NCBI GenBank assembly: GCA_002307065.1
Contig: DBTN01000037.1
Location: 18,230 to 82,229 of the forward strand
From: Akkermansiaceae bacterium UBA1315
Lineage (GTDB): Bacteria > Verrucomicrobiota > Verrucomicrobiia > Verrucomicrobiales > Akkermansiaceae
Length of the DNA stretch: 64,000 nucleotides
Direction: 5' to 3'
The notes beneath the pieces are model-generated. The model ran no database searches, was not told where the DNA came from, and saw nothing but the letters and a program-made list of their open reading frames with translations. Below, piece after piece: positions 10,218 through 22,100 of this stretch; positions within the stretch are counted from its first letter, which is position 1; each line of letters begins with the position of its first letter. The translations under genes and the position numbers were made by a program.

Positions 10218-11477
10218 TCAGGATTTCACCTGACCGGTCCCGCGGACGCGGTATTGATAACTGGTCAGTTCGCGCAAACCCATCGGACCGCGAGCGTGAA
10301 GCTTGTCCGTTGAGATCCCGATTTCCGCGCCAAAGCCAAATTCCCCACCGTCGTTGAAACGCGTGGAAACGTTGTGAAAAACGCAGGCGGAATCGACAGC
10401 ACGCAGGAATTTTTCCGCAGTCACTTGGTTTTGGGAAACGATGACATCGGTATGATGCGAGCCGTAGTGATTGATGTGCTCGACCGCTTCTTCAAGAGAA
10501 CCGACGACTTTTACGGACAGGATCAAATCGAGATATTCCGTTTCCCAATCCGCTTCCGTCGCCGGAATCGCTTCTGTTAGAATGCCGCAAGTTTTTTCAT
10601 CTCCCCGGATTTCAACTCCTCTGGCGACAAGCGCGGCGGAAATTTTTGGCAAAAATTCAGCGGCGATTTTTTCGTGAACCAGAAGCGTTTCGAGCGTGTT
10701 GCAAACACCCGGTTTCTGGGTTTTCGAATTGATTGCGATGTTGATTGCCATTTCGTGATCCGCTTCGGGATCGACGTAAAGATGACAGATCCCATCGTAA
10801 TGCTTGATCACGGGCATGCGCGCGAGCGAGACGACCGTTTCGATCAACCCTTTGCCGCCGCGAGGGATGATGAGATCGAGATATTTGTCCATGCCTGCCA
10901 GGACGGCGACGCTTTCACGATCGGTGAAAGGAATGAGCTGGATCGTATGATCCGGCAATCCGGCTTTCGCCCCGCCGGTTTGGAGAGCTTCAGCGATCGC
11001 ACGGTTTGAATGAATCGCTTCACTGCCGCCGCGCAAAATCGTCGCATTTCCCGTTTTGAAACAAAGCACCGCCGCGTCCGCCGTTACATTGGGCCGGCTT
11101 TCGTAAATGATTCCGATCGTCCCGATCGGAACCCGGACTTGCTCAATGCTCATGCCATTGGGTCGATCCCACTGATCGAGAACTTGGCCAACGGGATCAG
11201 GCAAGGTCGCGACTTGATCGATGCCTTCGGCCATCGCTTCGATGCGCTTCTTATCCAGCGTCAACCGGTCTAACATCGCGGAGGACAGCCCTTTCTCCTC
11301 TCCTGCCACCAAGTCCAGAGCATTCGCTTTTAAGAGCTGTGGCACGCTTTCCCGAATACCCGCCGCCATCGCGTGAAGGATGGCATTTTTTTCATCGCTG
11401 GAAAGTTGCGAGAGTCGATAGGACGCATCACGCGCCTGGCGGCCCATCTGATGGACGGTTTCTTGAATTTGAGACAT
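10218..11477 (-). CDS. proA: Gamma-glutamyl phosphate reductase
   Basis: IIYESRPNVT, LRGGSEA, VCNTLET and FGFGAEIGISTDKLHARGPMGL motifs. Confidence 0.97.
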   Translation of the reverse strand: MSQIQETVHQMGRQARDASYRLSQLSSDEKNAILHAMAAGIRESVPQLLKANALDLVAGEEKGLSSAMLDRLTLDKKRIEAMAEGIDQVATLPDPVGQVLDQWDRPNGMSIEQVRVPIGTIGIIYESRPNVTADAAVLCFKTGNATILRGGSEAIHSNRAIAEALQTGGAKAGLPDHTIQLIPFTDRESVAVLAGMDKYLDLIIPRGGKGLIETVVSLARMPVIKHYDGICHLYVDPEADHEMAINIAINSKTQKPGVCNTLETLLVHEKIAAEFLPKISAALVARGVEIRGDEKTCGILTEAIPATEADWETEYLDLILSVKVVGSLEEAVEHINHYGSHHTDVIVSQNQVTAEKFLRAVDSACVFHNVSTRFNDGGEFGFGAEIGISTDKLHARGPMGLRELTSYQYRVRGTGQVKS

Positions 11478-11484
11478 GGAAAAT

Positions 11485-11787
11485 TTAGAATTTCTTCAAC
11501 CGGTTGAGACGGGAAGGATTTTGAGACTGGTGGAAGACGGACAATACCGAAATCGAGCATTCGTCGTATTCGAAGAGAACGGAATACGGAAATTTTTTCA
11601 CAGAAACTCGTCGGACGTCATCGAATCGAAGCGGGTAAATTTCGGGCTGGACTGCCGCAGCATGAATCGCTCGCCTAACAGCGATTTCAAACCGTTCGCC
11701 CAGACCCGATTCTTGGACTTCATACCAGTCGTAGGCGGTGTAAATCTCTTCTTCGGCCTCTGCCGAGATAGTGATGCTCCTAACCAC
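11485..11787 (-). CDS. RelE/ParE family toxin
   Basis: AEEEIYTAYDWYE...GLGERF...RRVSVKKFPYSVLF...VFHQSQNP pattern. Confidence 0.9.
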   Translation of the reverse strand: MVRSITISAEAEEEIYTAYDWYEVQESGLGERFEIAVRRAIHAAAVQPEIYPLRFDDVRRVSVKKFPYSVLFEYDECSISVLSVFHQSQNPSRLNRLKKF

Positions 11788-11998
11788 GTCTTGCCTGAAT
11801 TCGCTTTTCCACCGTTTCCCAAGATACTCCGGAAGAAGGATCGGCCTTCAGTCGAGCTGAGCGGGCTCGTATTTCCGCAATAAATTCCGGCGATTCCTCG
11901 AAATCATTTTCCTCTTCCTCGATGGAACGCGTCAGCTCCTCGACGATTTGCCACCGCTCTTCGATCGGAAGTTTTTTCAATTCGTCCAAGGCGATCAT
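11780..11998 (-). CDS. Addiction-module antitoxin
   Basis: LKKLPIEERWQIVEEL...EIRAR...VSWETV; overlaps the toxin start by 8 nt. Confidence 0.88.
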   Translation of the reverse strand: MIALDELKKLPIEERWQIVEELTRSIEEEENDFEESPEFIAEIRARSARLKADPSSGVSWETVEKRIQARRG

Positions 11999-12028
11999 GG
12001 CAGAATCTTACTCCGAATTTCCCCCCGC

Positions 12029-12811
12029 TCAAGACCGATTTCCTAAACCGATCCCAGGGTGAAACCGGGTGGAAATGCCATTTCCGGCGATGATTCCGGC
12101 GAGGCGTTCCGGGTGACGACCGTGGGCGATATGAGTCTCAATCCCGGCGTCGACCGCGAATTTCACCGCCGCCAACTTAGAAGCCATCCCGCCCATGGAG
12201 AAGCGGCCTTTGTCTTCGCGAACATGACGGAAAACGCCATCAATATCGGTCACCTCCGGAATCAGCGCACGCGTTTCCGGGTCAAGCAAACCGTCCACAC
12301 TGGTGAGAAGAATCACTCGATTCACGCCCGCGAGTTTCGCAACACGGACGGAAAGCATGTCGTTATCCCCAAATTTCAACTCCTCGACCGCGACCGAATC
12401 GTTTTCGTTAATGATCGGTAAGATCCGGGGTTCGACCAGCAACCGACGCAACGTATCGGTCACATAACCCGCGCGCTCCGGCGTCGCAAGATCCGCCGCC
12501 GTGAGCAAAACCTGAGCGATCGTGATGTCGAAATTTTCAAAAAGACTGCTGTAAGTCTGCATCAGCCGAGCTTGCCCCACCGCCGCGCATGCCTGGCGAG
12601 TCGCGGTTTCCTTCGGATATTCCGCAAGACCAAACGACGACACCCCCGAGCCAACCGCTCCGGACGAAACAAAAAGACAACGGTGCCCCGCATTCATCAG
12701 CCCGGCAATCGCCGCGACAAGATGCACCAAGGCGGCACGATCCAACGTGCCATCAGAGGATTTGGTCAGGACACCGGTTCCGGCTTTGATCAGTGTAAAA
12801 TCGGGAATCAT
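12029..12811 (-). CDS. proB: Glutamate 5-kinase (no PUA domain)
   Basis: IKAGTGVL, VSSGAV, AAVGQ, PIINENDSV, FGDNDMLS and GGMASKL motifs; 260 aa. Confidence 0.95.
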   Translation of the reverse strand: MIPDFTLIKAGTGVLTKSSDGTLDRAALVHLVAAIAGLMNAGHRCLFVSSGAVGSGVSSFGLAEYPKETATRQACAAVGQARLMQTYSSLFENFDITIAQVLLTAADLATPERAGYVTDTLRRLLVEPRILPIINENDSVAVEELKFGDNDMLSVRVAKLAGVNRVILLTSVDGLLDPETRALIPEVTDIDGVFRHVREDKGRFSMGGMASKLAAVKFAVDAGIETHIAHGRHPERLAGIIAGNGISTRFHPGIGLGNRS

Positions 12812-12884
12812 GAGAGGGACTTGTTAGAAAGCGAGGGGACGGATGACCGGTTTGGCAAAAGCCGAAACCGAAAGGCGCGTGCGA

Positions 12885-14025
12885 TCAATCGTCCTCATCC
12901 TTGGATCCTTTGACACGTACTTTGCCGCGCAGTTTCGCTTCGATGAACGCGTCGATATCGCCGTCCATCACATCTTGGATATTTCCGGATTCCTGACCGG
13001 TTCTCAGATCGAGAACTTTTTGGTAAGGCTGGAACACATACGAACGGATCTGATTTCCCCAAGAAACGTCGCCCTTTTCACCATAAGCACGGTCGGACTC
13101 AGCGCGCTGTTTGTCCTCCTCAATGGTGTAAAGTTTCGCTTTGAGAATCTGGTAAGCGAGCTCCCGGTTCGCGCCTTGCGTCCGGGCAGCCGTCGAACGA
13201 ATCAAAATACCGGTTGGAAGGTGGCGAAGGATGACGGCCGTTTCCACTTTGTTCACGTTCTGGCCGCCTTTGCCGCCGGAACGCGTGGTGGTGATCTCGA
13301 CGTCCTTGTCGTTGATCTCGATCTTGATTTCCTTGGAAACCTCCGGCGTCGCGTCGATCGAAGCGAACGACGTGTGACGTTTCGCCGCCGAATCGAACGG
13401 GGAAATCCGTACCAACCGGTGGACGCCGCGTTCGTTTTTCAAATAACCGTAAGCATAGTCGCCTGTGATTTTTAAAGTCGCCGAACGCAAACCGGCTTCA
13501 TCACCGTCCTGCCAATCCAGCGTTTCAACCGCATAGCCCTTTCGCTCCGCCCAGCGGACATACATCCGGTGCAGCATCTGCGCCCAATCGCACGCTTCCG
13601 TGCCACCCGCTCCTGCGGAAATGACGAGGAAACACGGCGAAATATCGCTCGGTTGATCGAGAAGAGTCAGCAATTCGTAAGCTTGGATGTCGTCGTCAAG
13701 GCTCTTCGCATTATCGAGCGCCTCACGGGCCAAATCGGCGTCGTCGAATTCTTTCGCCAACGAAACACCTTCTTCGATGTCGGATACGCGAGCCTCAAGC
13801 TTCAGGAACGAATCGAGTTTTTTCTTCAGACCGGCCGCTTTCGCGCTGATCGTTTTCGCCTTATCCGAATCATTCCAGAACTCGGGCGCACCCATCGCTT
13901 CTTCAAGCGTGTTGATTTCGTTTTCGAGGGTGGGGACGTCAAAGATACCTTCTGAGCTTCGACAAGCGGCTTTTCAAGCCAGCGGTGTCGAGCGCCAGAA
14001 GGTCGGCGGTAGGAAGTGAAGACAT
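12885..14025 (-). CDS. prfB: Peptide chain release factor 2 with programmed +1 frameshift
   Basis: A 28-codon ORF0 (MSSLPTAD...RRYL) ends at CTT TGA C. The +1 frame continues DVPTLENEI... into the RF2 body with SPF and GGQ motifs. Confidence 0.97.
13938..13953 (-). promoter_or_regulatory. prfB frameshift cassette (internal SD-like AGAAGG plus CTTTGAC)
   Basis: Minus strand reads AGAAGGTATCTTTGAC. Confidence 0.93.
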
Positions 14026-14131
14026 GCGGAACGAGAAAAGTCCATGAGCCCCCACGACGCAAGAGCGAAGATCATCAACCCGATTTTGCAGGACCGAAAC
14101 CGGCCTGACAATCCCACGGGCTTGTCCCTCT

Positions 14132-14989
14132 TCAGACTCGCTCGGATCGAAATCTGCGGCCGCCTACCCCCATCGCGAAAAGCCAAATTGCCAAACCGGT
14201 CGACGGCTCAGGGACGACGGCGATGATCGTGTCGCTGAGCCGAATCGAGTCGAAGAGAATATCGCCTGATGCGTTCTGATAAGTGATTTTGAAATCATCC
14301 AAAACCGTTCCCGTGTTCACTAAGTTCGCAGGATTATTTCCTAATTGCGACCAAACATCTTCCGCTTTGACCCAAAGGTCCCAGTGACCATCGGTCAAGG
14401 TGCCGATCGTGCCATCCGGTTTCATATAAGTCAGATCGCTTCCGGAGTTATTGATTCCCCACCAGACATCCATCCACTGACCGGTTTGCAAAGCAGATCC
14501 AAGATTCGTACCCGTATTGTGATCTCGGAATTGATAGGTATCGATCGCTCCATCCGCGAAATTGATGCCAAAATCACTGTGCGTCAGCGCATTTCCCGGA
14601 TGACTGTTTCCCGTAGTAAATCCCGAGCCTGCCGCAAACATCAGCCCAGAACCATAAGTCGACGTAATATCAGCAATCTGCATCCGAATCTCCACCTGCA
14701 ACACGGCCGCATTCCAATCATCGCCGTTGATGGTGATCGCCCCCGCGTTTCCGGTTCGCAGCGCGCGCAACGAATCATCCGCGATCGACCATACCAAACC
14801 CGCTCCCGACGTGGAAATTCCGTCCGCCTGATTCGCACCGGTTCCCACATAACTCGCCAAGTCCGTCGATCCGGAAAAGTTTTGCTCCCAAAGAATCGCC
14901 GCCTTCGCCGAAACCGCAGAAAACGCAAATATCACGGTCACGAAAATGCTCGGCAAAAATCCAGCACGCTCAAAAATAGGTTCTTTCAT
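14132..14989 (-). CDS. PEP-CTERM sorting-domain surface protein
   Basis: N-terminal signal peptide (…AVSAKA), and C-terminal VPEPST, a TM helix and a basic RRFR tail. Confidence 0.92.
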   Translation of the reverse strand: MKEPIFERAGFLPSIFVTVIFAFSAVSAKAAILWEQNFSGSTDLASYVGTGANQADGISTSGAGLVWSIADDSLRALRTGNAGAITINGDDWNAAVLQVEIRMQIADITSTYGSGLMFAAGSGFTTGNSHPGNALTHSDFGINFADGAIDTYQFRDHNTGTNLGSALQTGQWMDVWWGINNSGSDLTYMKPDGTIGTLTDGHWDLWVKAEDVWSQLGNNPANLVNTGTVLDDFKITYQNASGDILFDSIRLSDTIIAVVPEPSTGLAIWLFAMGVGGRRFRSERV

Positions 14990-15103
14990 CACGGGGGGAA
15001 GTTGCCAGATGCCATCCATTAGCACCTGACGATCAACCCCCTAGCAACAAACGTACCTGAATGTCAAAAAACAATCTTCGAAAAAACGATCCGTTTGAAG
15101 AAA

Positions 15104-15538
15104 TCACCTCGGCTGCTTTCTGAGCAAGGCTTGCTCCAGATTTTTCACCAAGGAATCCATTCCCGCCTCGAAGGCCCGGCGTGCGAAGGCGGCGTCGTTT
15201 GCATAGGTTTTCATCGGCCTCGCTTGGGCTCTGTCCAATTTCACCACCTGCTTCAGCAATGACTTTCCGTCCGAGCCGATGATTTCGACTTCCATCAGTA
15301 TCGACGGACTCATCAAAAAAATTTCCCCGCTATCCGATTTCGAAGAACGCGCATAACCGTAACGGATCACCGTCGGGCGGACCTTCGCCGCGCCGTCTTT
15401 CCGCAACCGGTTTTTAAAGAAAGCATCCTTCCGCAAACCGGCTTCCAATTTCTCCGTCAGCCGCTTGTCCAAACCGGTTGGTATATTTCTCTTCGCTGCC
15501 TCCGCATCATGCCCATTGGCATGTTCAAACTTCGATTG
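15104..15538 (-). pseudogene. Probable 5'-truncated gene fragment downstream of the Rhs immunity gene
   Basis: Open frame from a TAG at 15539-15541 to 15104 with no ATG near its 5' end (first usable start is TTG at 15472). Host-like composition. Confidence 0.35.
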
Positions 15539-15644
15539 CTAAATTTTCGCCCTCATTCAGCTCTCCATGTCGATGCGGATACTGGCTAGAATTGCACGAC
15601 AATTATTTTCCAGACAGCTTCTAAGCGCACCTGCTCTCTAGAAG

Positions 15645-16112
15645 TCAAAATTTTTCACCTTCAATCGGAAACCATTCGCCTTGATTTTTCATCTTTTTTA
15701 CCGGCGTTGATAGCTTTGCGTAATCTCCAGTCGCGAGGGCTAAGTAAAGCTTCCTATCTAACCCAACCCATATGCAGTAGAACATTCCACTTTCCTGCAT
15801 TTCTTTAGAGAGCCTCAAGGCCTCTTCATTTTTTCCCTCCAGCGATACACCATAAAACGCTGGCATCCTATAGTTTATCAAAAGACCATCATAATCAATG
15901 GTTACTTTTTTTGTAACAACCATATAGTCACCCATAAAGTAATTAAATTGCCCCGGACCCACCTTAATCACTTTTTTATTATCGGAATTTATGATCAGCC
16001 ACTTTTTGGATGGGTTATAAAAATATAATTTCGGCGGAGCAACACACCCAAAAATAAAAAAAGAAAAAATTATTAATATGATTACTTTTATTAAAATTTT
16101 TTTACTGACCAT
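15645..16112 (-). CDS. Lipoprotein, putative cognate immunity protein of the Rhs toxin
   Basis: Signal peptide with lipobox (FIFG-C23), strongly AT-rich, and overlaps the toxin stop by 11 nt. Confidence 0.75.
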   Translation of the reverse strand: MVSKKILIKVIILIIFSFFIFGCVAPPKLYFYNPSKKWLIINSDNKKVIKVGPGQFNYFMGDYMVVTKKVTIDYDGLLINYRMPAFYGVSLEGKNEEALRLSKEMQESGMFYCIWVGLDRKLYLALATGDYAKLSTPVKKMKNQGEWFPIEGEKF

Positions 16113-19100
16113 ATATCAAGTTACTTCCTTGTTTAACGTTCCAAACTTTATTTTCACCATATGTTTGAGGACCCCTCTCGAATAAGCTATAGGGGCCATG
16201 AGCAAGGTATTTCGGATTCATCAAGTAATCAAAAGCATATGTAATCAAAACCCCTGGCAAATACAACAGACCCGTTTGCTGGCCTTGATATGTGTGCATC
16301 ACTTCGTGCTGACCTACAGTATGCCCCTCGGCTGCCATCATCACTTCCGGACCAAATTTAGAAGCATACGATATAACATTCCCAAAAGTAATCGCGGTCA
16401 TCATTAAATTATGACCCGTAACCTGGATAGCATTATTATCAAACGATATGCCGAAGTCCCACTTTTTCGAAAAAGGATACGCGAGGGCTTCCGCCACGAA
16501 CCCCGAGGCACCAAAAGCCAAACCAATCAAAGTATTGGGAAAATTCCATATCTTACCTATCAAATCAGAACCATATTCAGATATACTCTTTAAATCGTTG
16601 GACTTCCCGGTTAATTTTTTCACATTTGCCAGCGTGCCCAGCCCTGAAGAAACCATATACTGGAATGCAGATGTGTAAGCTCCATTTGCAAATTTGCCTC
16701 CACCCAACGTGCTGACAGTCCCTCCGACAGCTGCGGATTTGATTGTTCCTGAAACCATGTTTCCATTTCCATAAGGCAATAATTGCCCGGCGGCGGACGC
16801 AGCCGCAGTGATGAACCCGTCGCTGAATTTTCCTCCCATCGCTTCGTTGACGGTTCCACCCACGATACCATGACCAGCAATGTGGGCAAGCGTTGAGGCG
16901 TAATTTCCAGCTTGGAATGAGCTTGCCACTCCGTTCCCCATTCCACCGGTAATCGCGCCCTGTACGGCACCAATTGCCGCGCCTCGAAGAATGTCACCGA
17001 TATCACCACCATTCAGTGCAGCACTCAGCCCTCCACCGACTGCTCCTGCGATGGCCCCTGTTGCCGCCATTCCCGTGGCGCTCAAGGTGGTGGCACCGGC
17101 TGCCGTGGTTGTGGTAAATGCACCACCAGCCGCCATGAATGCTGCCCCCACTCCCCACGTGACGACTGCCACCACCACGATCACCACAATCGTCCTCCAG
17201 TTTTTCTTCACCCAGTTTTTGAGTTTGTGGAAGGCTTTGCTGAGCCAGGAGAAACCGCTGGGGTCGGTGAGGTTCAGCGGGTTGTTCATCACATAGCTGA
17301 ACCGGTTGAAGTTTTGGGAGTATTCGGGGACTTGGACGAAGGGATCCGGGCTGAGCATGCGGCCGAGCTCGGGATCGTAGATGCGACCGTTCATGTGGAT
17401 GAGGCCGCTGTCGTCGAGTTGTTCGTGACCGGTGTAGCCGCGGTGATAATCTTCGCCGGAGGTGAGGAAAGGTTGATTTCCTTCCGTGCGACCGGCGGTC
17501 CATTGGGTGGCATCGCGGCGTTCGCCCCAGGCGTCGAAGGACTGGCGTTCGAGGGTGGGTGGGGAGAAGGATTGGCCGTTCCAGGAACCGGTGAGGAGGA
17601 GGTCGGTGGAGCCGAGGTGGTCTTTTAGAACGGTGGTCAGTTTGACGGCGGTTCCGCTTTCCGTTTCAGTCCGGGTGTAAACGCCGATCCCGCCCAAGGT
17701 GTGGCGATGGATGGTCTTTGAGGGGACGTTCTCGAGCGTCGAATCGTGGACTTCTCGTTCGTAGGCACCCAGGTAGAGGGTGGTCTCAACCACTGTCCCT
17801 TCCAAGGTCGTTCGGGTTTTCTGTTGCCGGGCGCGGTTGCCTCCGGCATCGAATTCGAAAGAGGTGAAGACCCGACCGACCGGGCGGAGCGACGCAAGGC
17901 TCAGATCGCTGAGCGCGGGCGCTTCATCGTAAGCAACACTGGCGAGCTGGCCAAAAGACGTCCAAGTGTAGTTTCGTTTGGTATCACTGATGACGTATCC
18001 GGCGGCATCGTAAACATAATCGCGCTGTTGGCCTTTGACAGTGGCGCGGGTGACAGCGTGGGGGCGACTGCCGTTATAGTTTAACGTGGCGCTGCCTTTG
18101 GTGAGGAGATTTCCGTTTGGCGCATAAGTATAATTTTCCGGCGGAGGAACAGTCGTGGTGGGAGCGCCGCTGTGGGAGGAAACCGCAGATTGGGTCAACC
18201 GGTTGAGCGAATCGTAAGTGAAGATTTCGGAGCGTCCGACAATGAAGTCGCTGCGGCTTGAAAGGTTACCGAGCGTATCCCAGCCGTAAGTTTTTTGTTG
18301 GAGGACCGTACCATTTCGCGAAGCGGAAAGACCGGTGAGCAGACCGCTGGTCGGATGATAGGAAGCTGCTGTTGTCACTCCCTGAGCAAGGGTTTGGCTG
18401 AGCGCACGACCGGACGAATCGAATCGACCCGCCTGCCAAAGCACGGTGCCCACGCCGGGGAAATTACTGCCCGGCGGACCTCCGGCAAGCGTCAGGGAAA
18501 CCGGAAAGGAATAGAGCGGATCATATTCGTGCACGACCGTGAGACCTCCGGCATCGGTCTCGGTAAGCGGTCTGCCGAGGGCGTCGTAGGTGCTGGAAGT
18601 GGTGAAGGTTTCGCCGAATTGGGTTTTCCGGGTGGACAGTGGGCGACCCAAGGAGTCATAAGAAATCTCCTCAAGGTATCCGCCGGGACCGGTGGTTTTC
18701 CAAGGTTTGCCGAGACCATTTCCTTGGGCGTGATCGTAATAGGTATGATAGGTACCTTCCGGTTTTTGGACGGTGACCGGGCGACCTAAGATATCATAAG
18801 TGAAATACGTGGTCTGATTTTTCGCATTGGTCGAGGACAGAACTTGGCCGAGCCCATCATAAGTCGAAGAGGAGCTTCCCGAGTTGGCTTCCCATACACC
18901 GGTCTTGTTACCGAACAGGTCGAAAGTATTGGTTAATAAGGTGGCACCGTCGATGGAGACGCTCATCAGTCTGCCCTCTTGATCGTGATGAAACCGGGTG
19001 GTTTGATTCGAGGGATCCCGCGATTGAATAAGCCTGCCGTGTTCGTCTTCCCAGCGTTCGAGGGATTTTCCGTTCCGATTGAGAACCTTTGAATAAGTGA

Positions 19101-22100
19101 CCGGTTGCCCATCTAGAATCTGAGCACCGTAGGCTTGGATGCGCTCAAAACCTCCATCGGGATGCTGCGTGACCAAGGCTCGATCCAGGAGGTCGTAGGT
19201 CACGTAGGTAAACGCCGGAGTTTCTCCCGCCGCAAACGCATTTGAAGCAGCCACCTTTCGACCGAGATAATCGTAAACATTGACCGAGTACACTTTCGAA
19301 TAGCGCGCCGTACCGGCCGCCGTCGCGTCACGCAGGATCGTCGTTTCTGAGACCAAATCCCGACCATTGGCATCCAGATATACTTTTGCGACCGGTGCTC
19401 CCGAGCTTTCCTTTGCCCGGAAATAATGAATGTTGTTTTGCAACCAAGCGGCCACGGATGAAGGCAGCTCAGCATTCGTGGCATAACCGGTGATCTCGCC
19501 GGTTTGGGTCCCATCCGGGTGATCGGTGCGGATCAGCGTGCCGAAAGCATCATAAGAAAAACGGGTGGTTTTTCCGGTCAGATCGATCGTGGAGAGCAGC
19601 AGCGATTTCTGCGTATCGTATTGATAGGTCGTTTCATGATTGAGCTGGTTTTTCTCACCAATGACAAACCGCCCCTGCGAATCATACTGGGTCGTGCTGA
19701 ACCGGGTTTCACCGCTGGCGGATACCGTCGCCTGAACTACATTCCCGAAGCTATCGTGGGTGTAGGTCTTTGTGGAAGAGAGCGGGTGTCCAGGCTCGAC
19801 GGTTTCACTCGTCAGCAAACCGGTCGATGTGGAATAGGTGAAAGCTGAGGTTTTTGAAATGGAGGGTTTCCCTGCGCCCGATTTAGTCACCGTGGATTGA
19901 GAAAGCCGACCGAGGTGCCATCGATTCTCGTCGACGGTGTGATGGTAAACATGGGTCGAAACGACTTTGGATCCATCCAGACTTTCGACCGTGGATTTTT
20001 TCACAAATCCATAACTGTCGAAATCTTCGAGATTTTGGGTGGTTTTGGTTTCGATTTTCAGTGTGCCATCCAGATCAAAGGTATGCTTCACAGAGGATGT
20101 CTGGACCGGTCTTCGAATCGTGCCACCGATACCGGTTTGAGACGGCATTTCTGCGTAGCCCGAAGTTTCCAACGCCACCAGCTTCATCCCTGCGGAAACT
20201 CCTGGAAAAATCGGACTCACATCGGAGGGATCCACCCGGACTTTTGTCTGCACCGAAACCGGACTGCCCGCGAACGGATACTCGCGCGACATTTCCGTGC
20301 GACTCCATTGGCCGTTGAGTTCGTCGATTGCCTCCACCCAGCCGAAGCCAAGAGACGTTTCGTTTTTCCGATCGTAACGCAAATCCCCGTACCGCTGTGA
20401 TTTGTATCGTCGGCCACCCATGCCGTCTGGTTCGGAATAACGGGAAACAACCAGACGGGAGTCGATCACTGAGACATGTCCCTCTGGCAAAAATTCCGGA
20501 CCTTTCTCATAAACGCGAGAATGAAATCCGACCGTCGGTGAGGGATCATTCAACCTTCGGTATTCCACAACAATATCCTTACCGAACCCATCCGTCACCG
20601 CCTTTACTTTTTCCTGACGACACTGGTTGATATAGACTTGGGGGATTCCATTGGCATGCAAGCCCGCCAGCAGATCAGGAAAACCGTCACCATTGACATT
20701 CACAAACTGAGCGGCGGGAGAGGAAGAGTTTCCGGTTCGGAGTCGGAATCCATCCGGCAGCCCCCAAGAAGCATCCTCCCGCCACCCTGAGCCCGTATTG
20801 ACGAAGGCTCCATTATTCGTGGCGTTAAAAGGCAGAGTCGTCGATGGACCTTCTTGCGTGACATAATCGCGGGAAATCAAAATATCCGTCAATCCATCCC
20901 CATTGAGATCAAGAATTTCTCCTCCGGAGACCCCGTCTCGGTGGGAAATCAGTGAAACCGGCACCACATGACGAGAATCTTGAATCCAAGCAGATCCCGC
21001 CGCTGAGTTACCCGCGCCTTTGTTATACCAAGTAGCGTAAGAGTGGGTATAACTCATGACCGTATAACCACCTCGACCGACAACTTTTTTAGTTCCAACC
21101 GTATCAGCTCGAAGGAGATCAAGAAGACCATCACCATTCAAGTCGACAAGCCGAGTTCCGGCGTCATTTCCTAATGAATCGGAAATGACTGGGTGACCGT
21201 TTGGACTCGAAGTCGCTCCCAAGAAGGGAAAAGTCCAAGCCGTCTGTGGCGAAGAATTGATCGAATAATCGTAGACTGGGCTCTTCCAGCTAGGTATTTG
21301 AGAAGGTCCAGACGCCGCGCTCATGAGCCATGATGCCCTGTCTTGTGAATAACGCGTTTGCTCAATTCGACCTTTCAAGTATACCGATTCTAATCCTCTG
21401 GCGAATGTGTAGTCTGGAAACCCGTCGCCATTTAGGTCCGCTGCGGCAAATCCGATTCGTGGTTTCGGATAACCATCGGCATATTCTTTGAGGAACTCTG
21501 GAAAAGCCAATGCATCCGACTGGATCCAGCCTAGACCAAGGTGAACCTTGTTTAGGAAGACCGTTCTTGAGTTAGGCCCGGCAATTAGCGTGTTTTCATC
21601 ATTTGCAACCAAAGAGCCAAATGGCGAAGTCGACACCACCAAGTCAAGATAGTCATCTCCGTCCATGTCGATGAATTCCTGATCCAATGTGTGAGAAGCT
21701 CCCCCGTATCCGCCCGAAGAACTCACATTTTTACTTCGATAGGGGAAAGATTGATCATAGCTCGAAAGCGGCTCCCACCGAGCGTTTCTAAACGTGTAAA
21801 ACCGATAATTTTTACGCGATTCGTTATTTAAATAATTATAGATACTTGGAACAAACAGATCCAAGGTTCCGTCTCCATTGATATCGACCGGTTTTGCCAA
21901 CAAATCGTGACGAGCTGACCAATATGCAGGATTGTCTCCCCCGCTGCCATTTGCCAGAGGAGCGTCAGTCGGAGGAACGAGAAAATCAGCCGGAGTGAAT
22001 TTCTCTCCTGTGTTTAGAAAAGCGGTTCCCAGAGTATTTGGGACGATCGTTTTCGTCTGCGGATCTGTTTTTGACGGCTCTTCTTGATAACTCAGCACTC

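Noticed and set aside
12029-12811. ProB lacking the PUA domain
   Set aside because: Short ProB forms are widespread.
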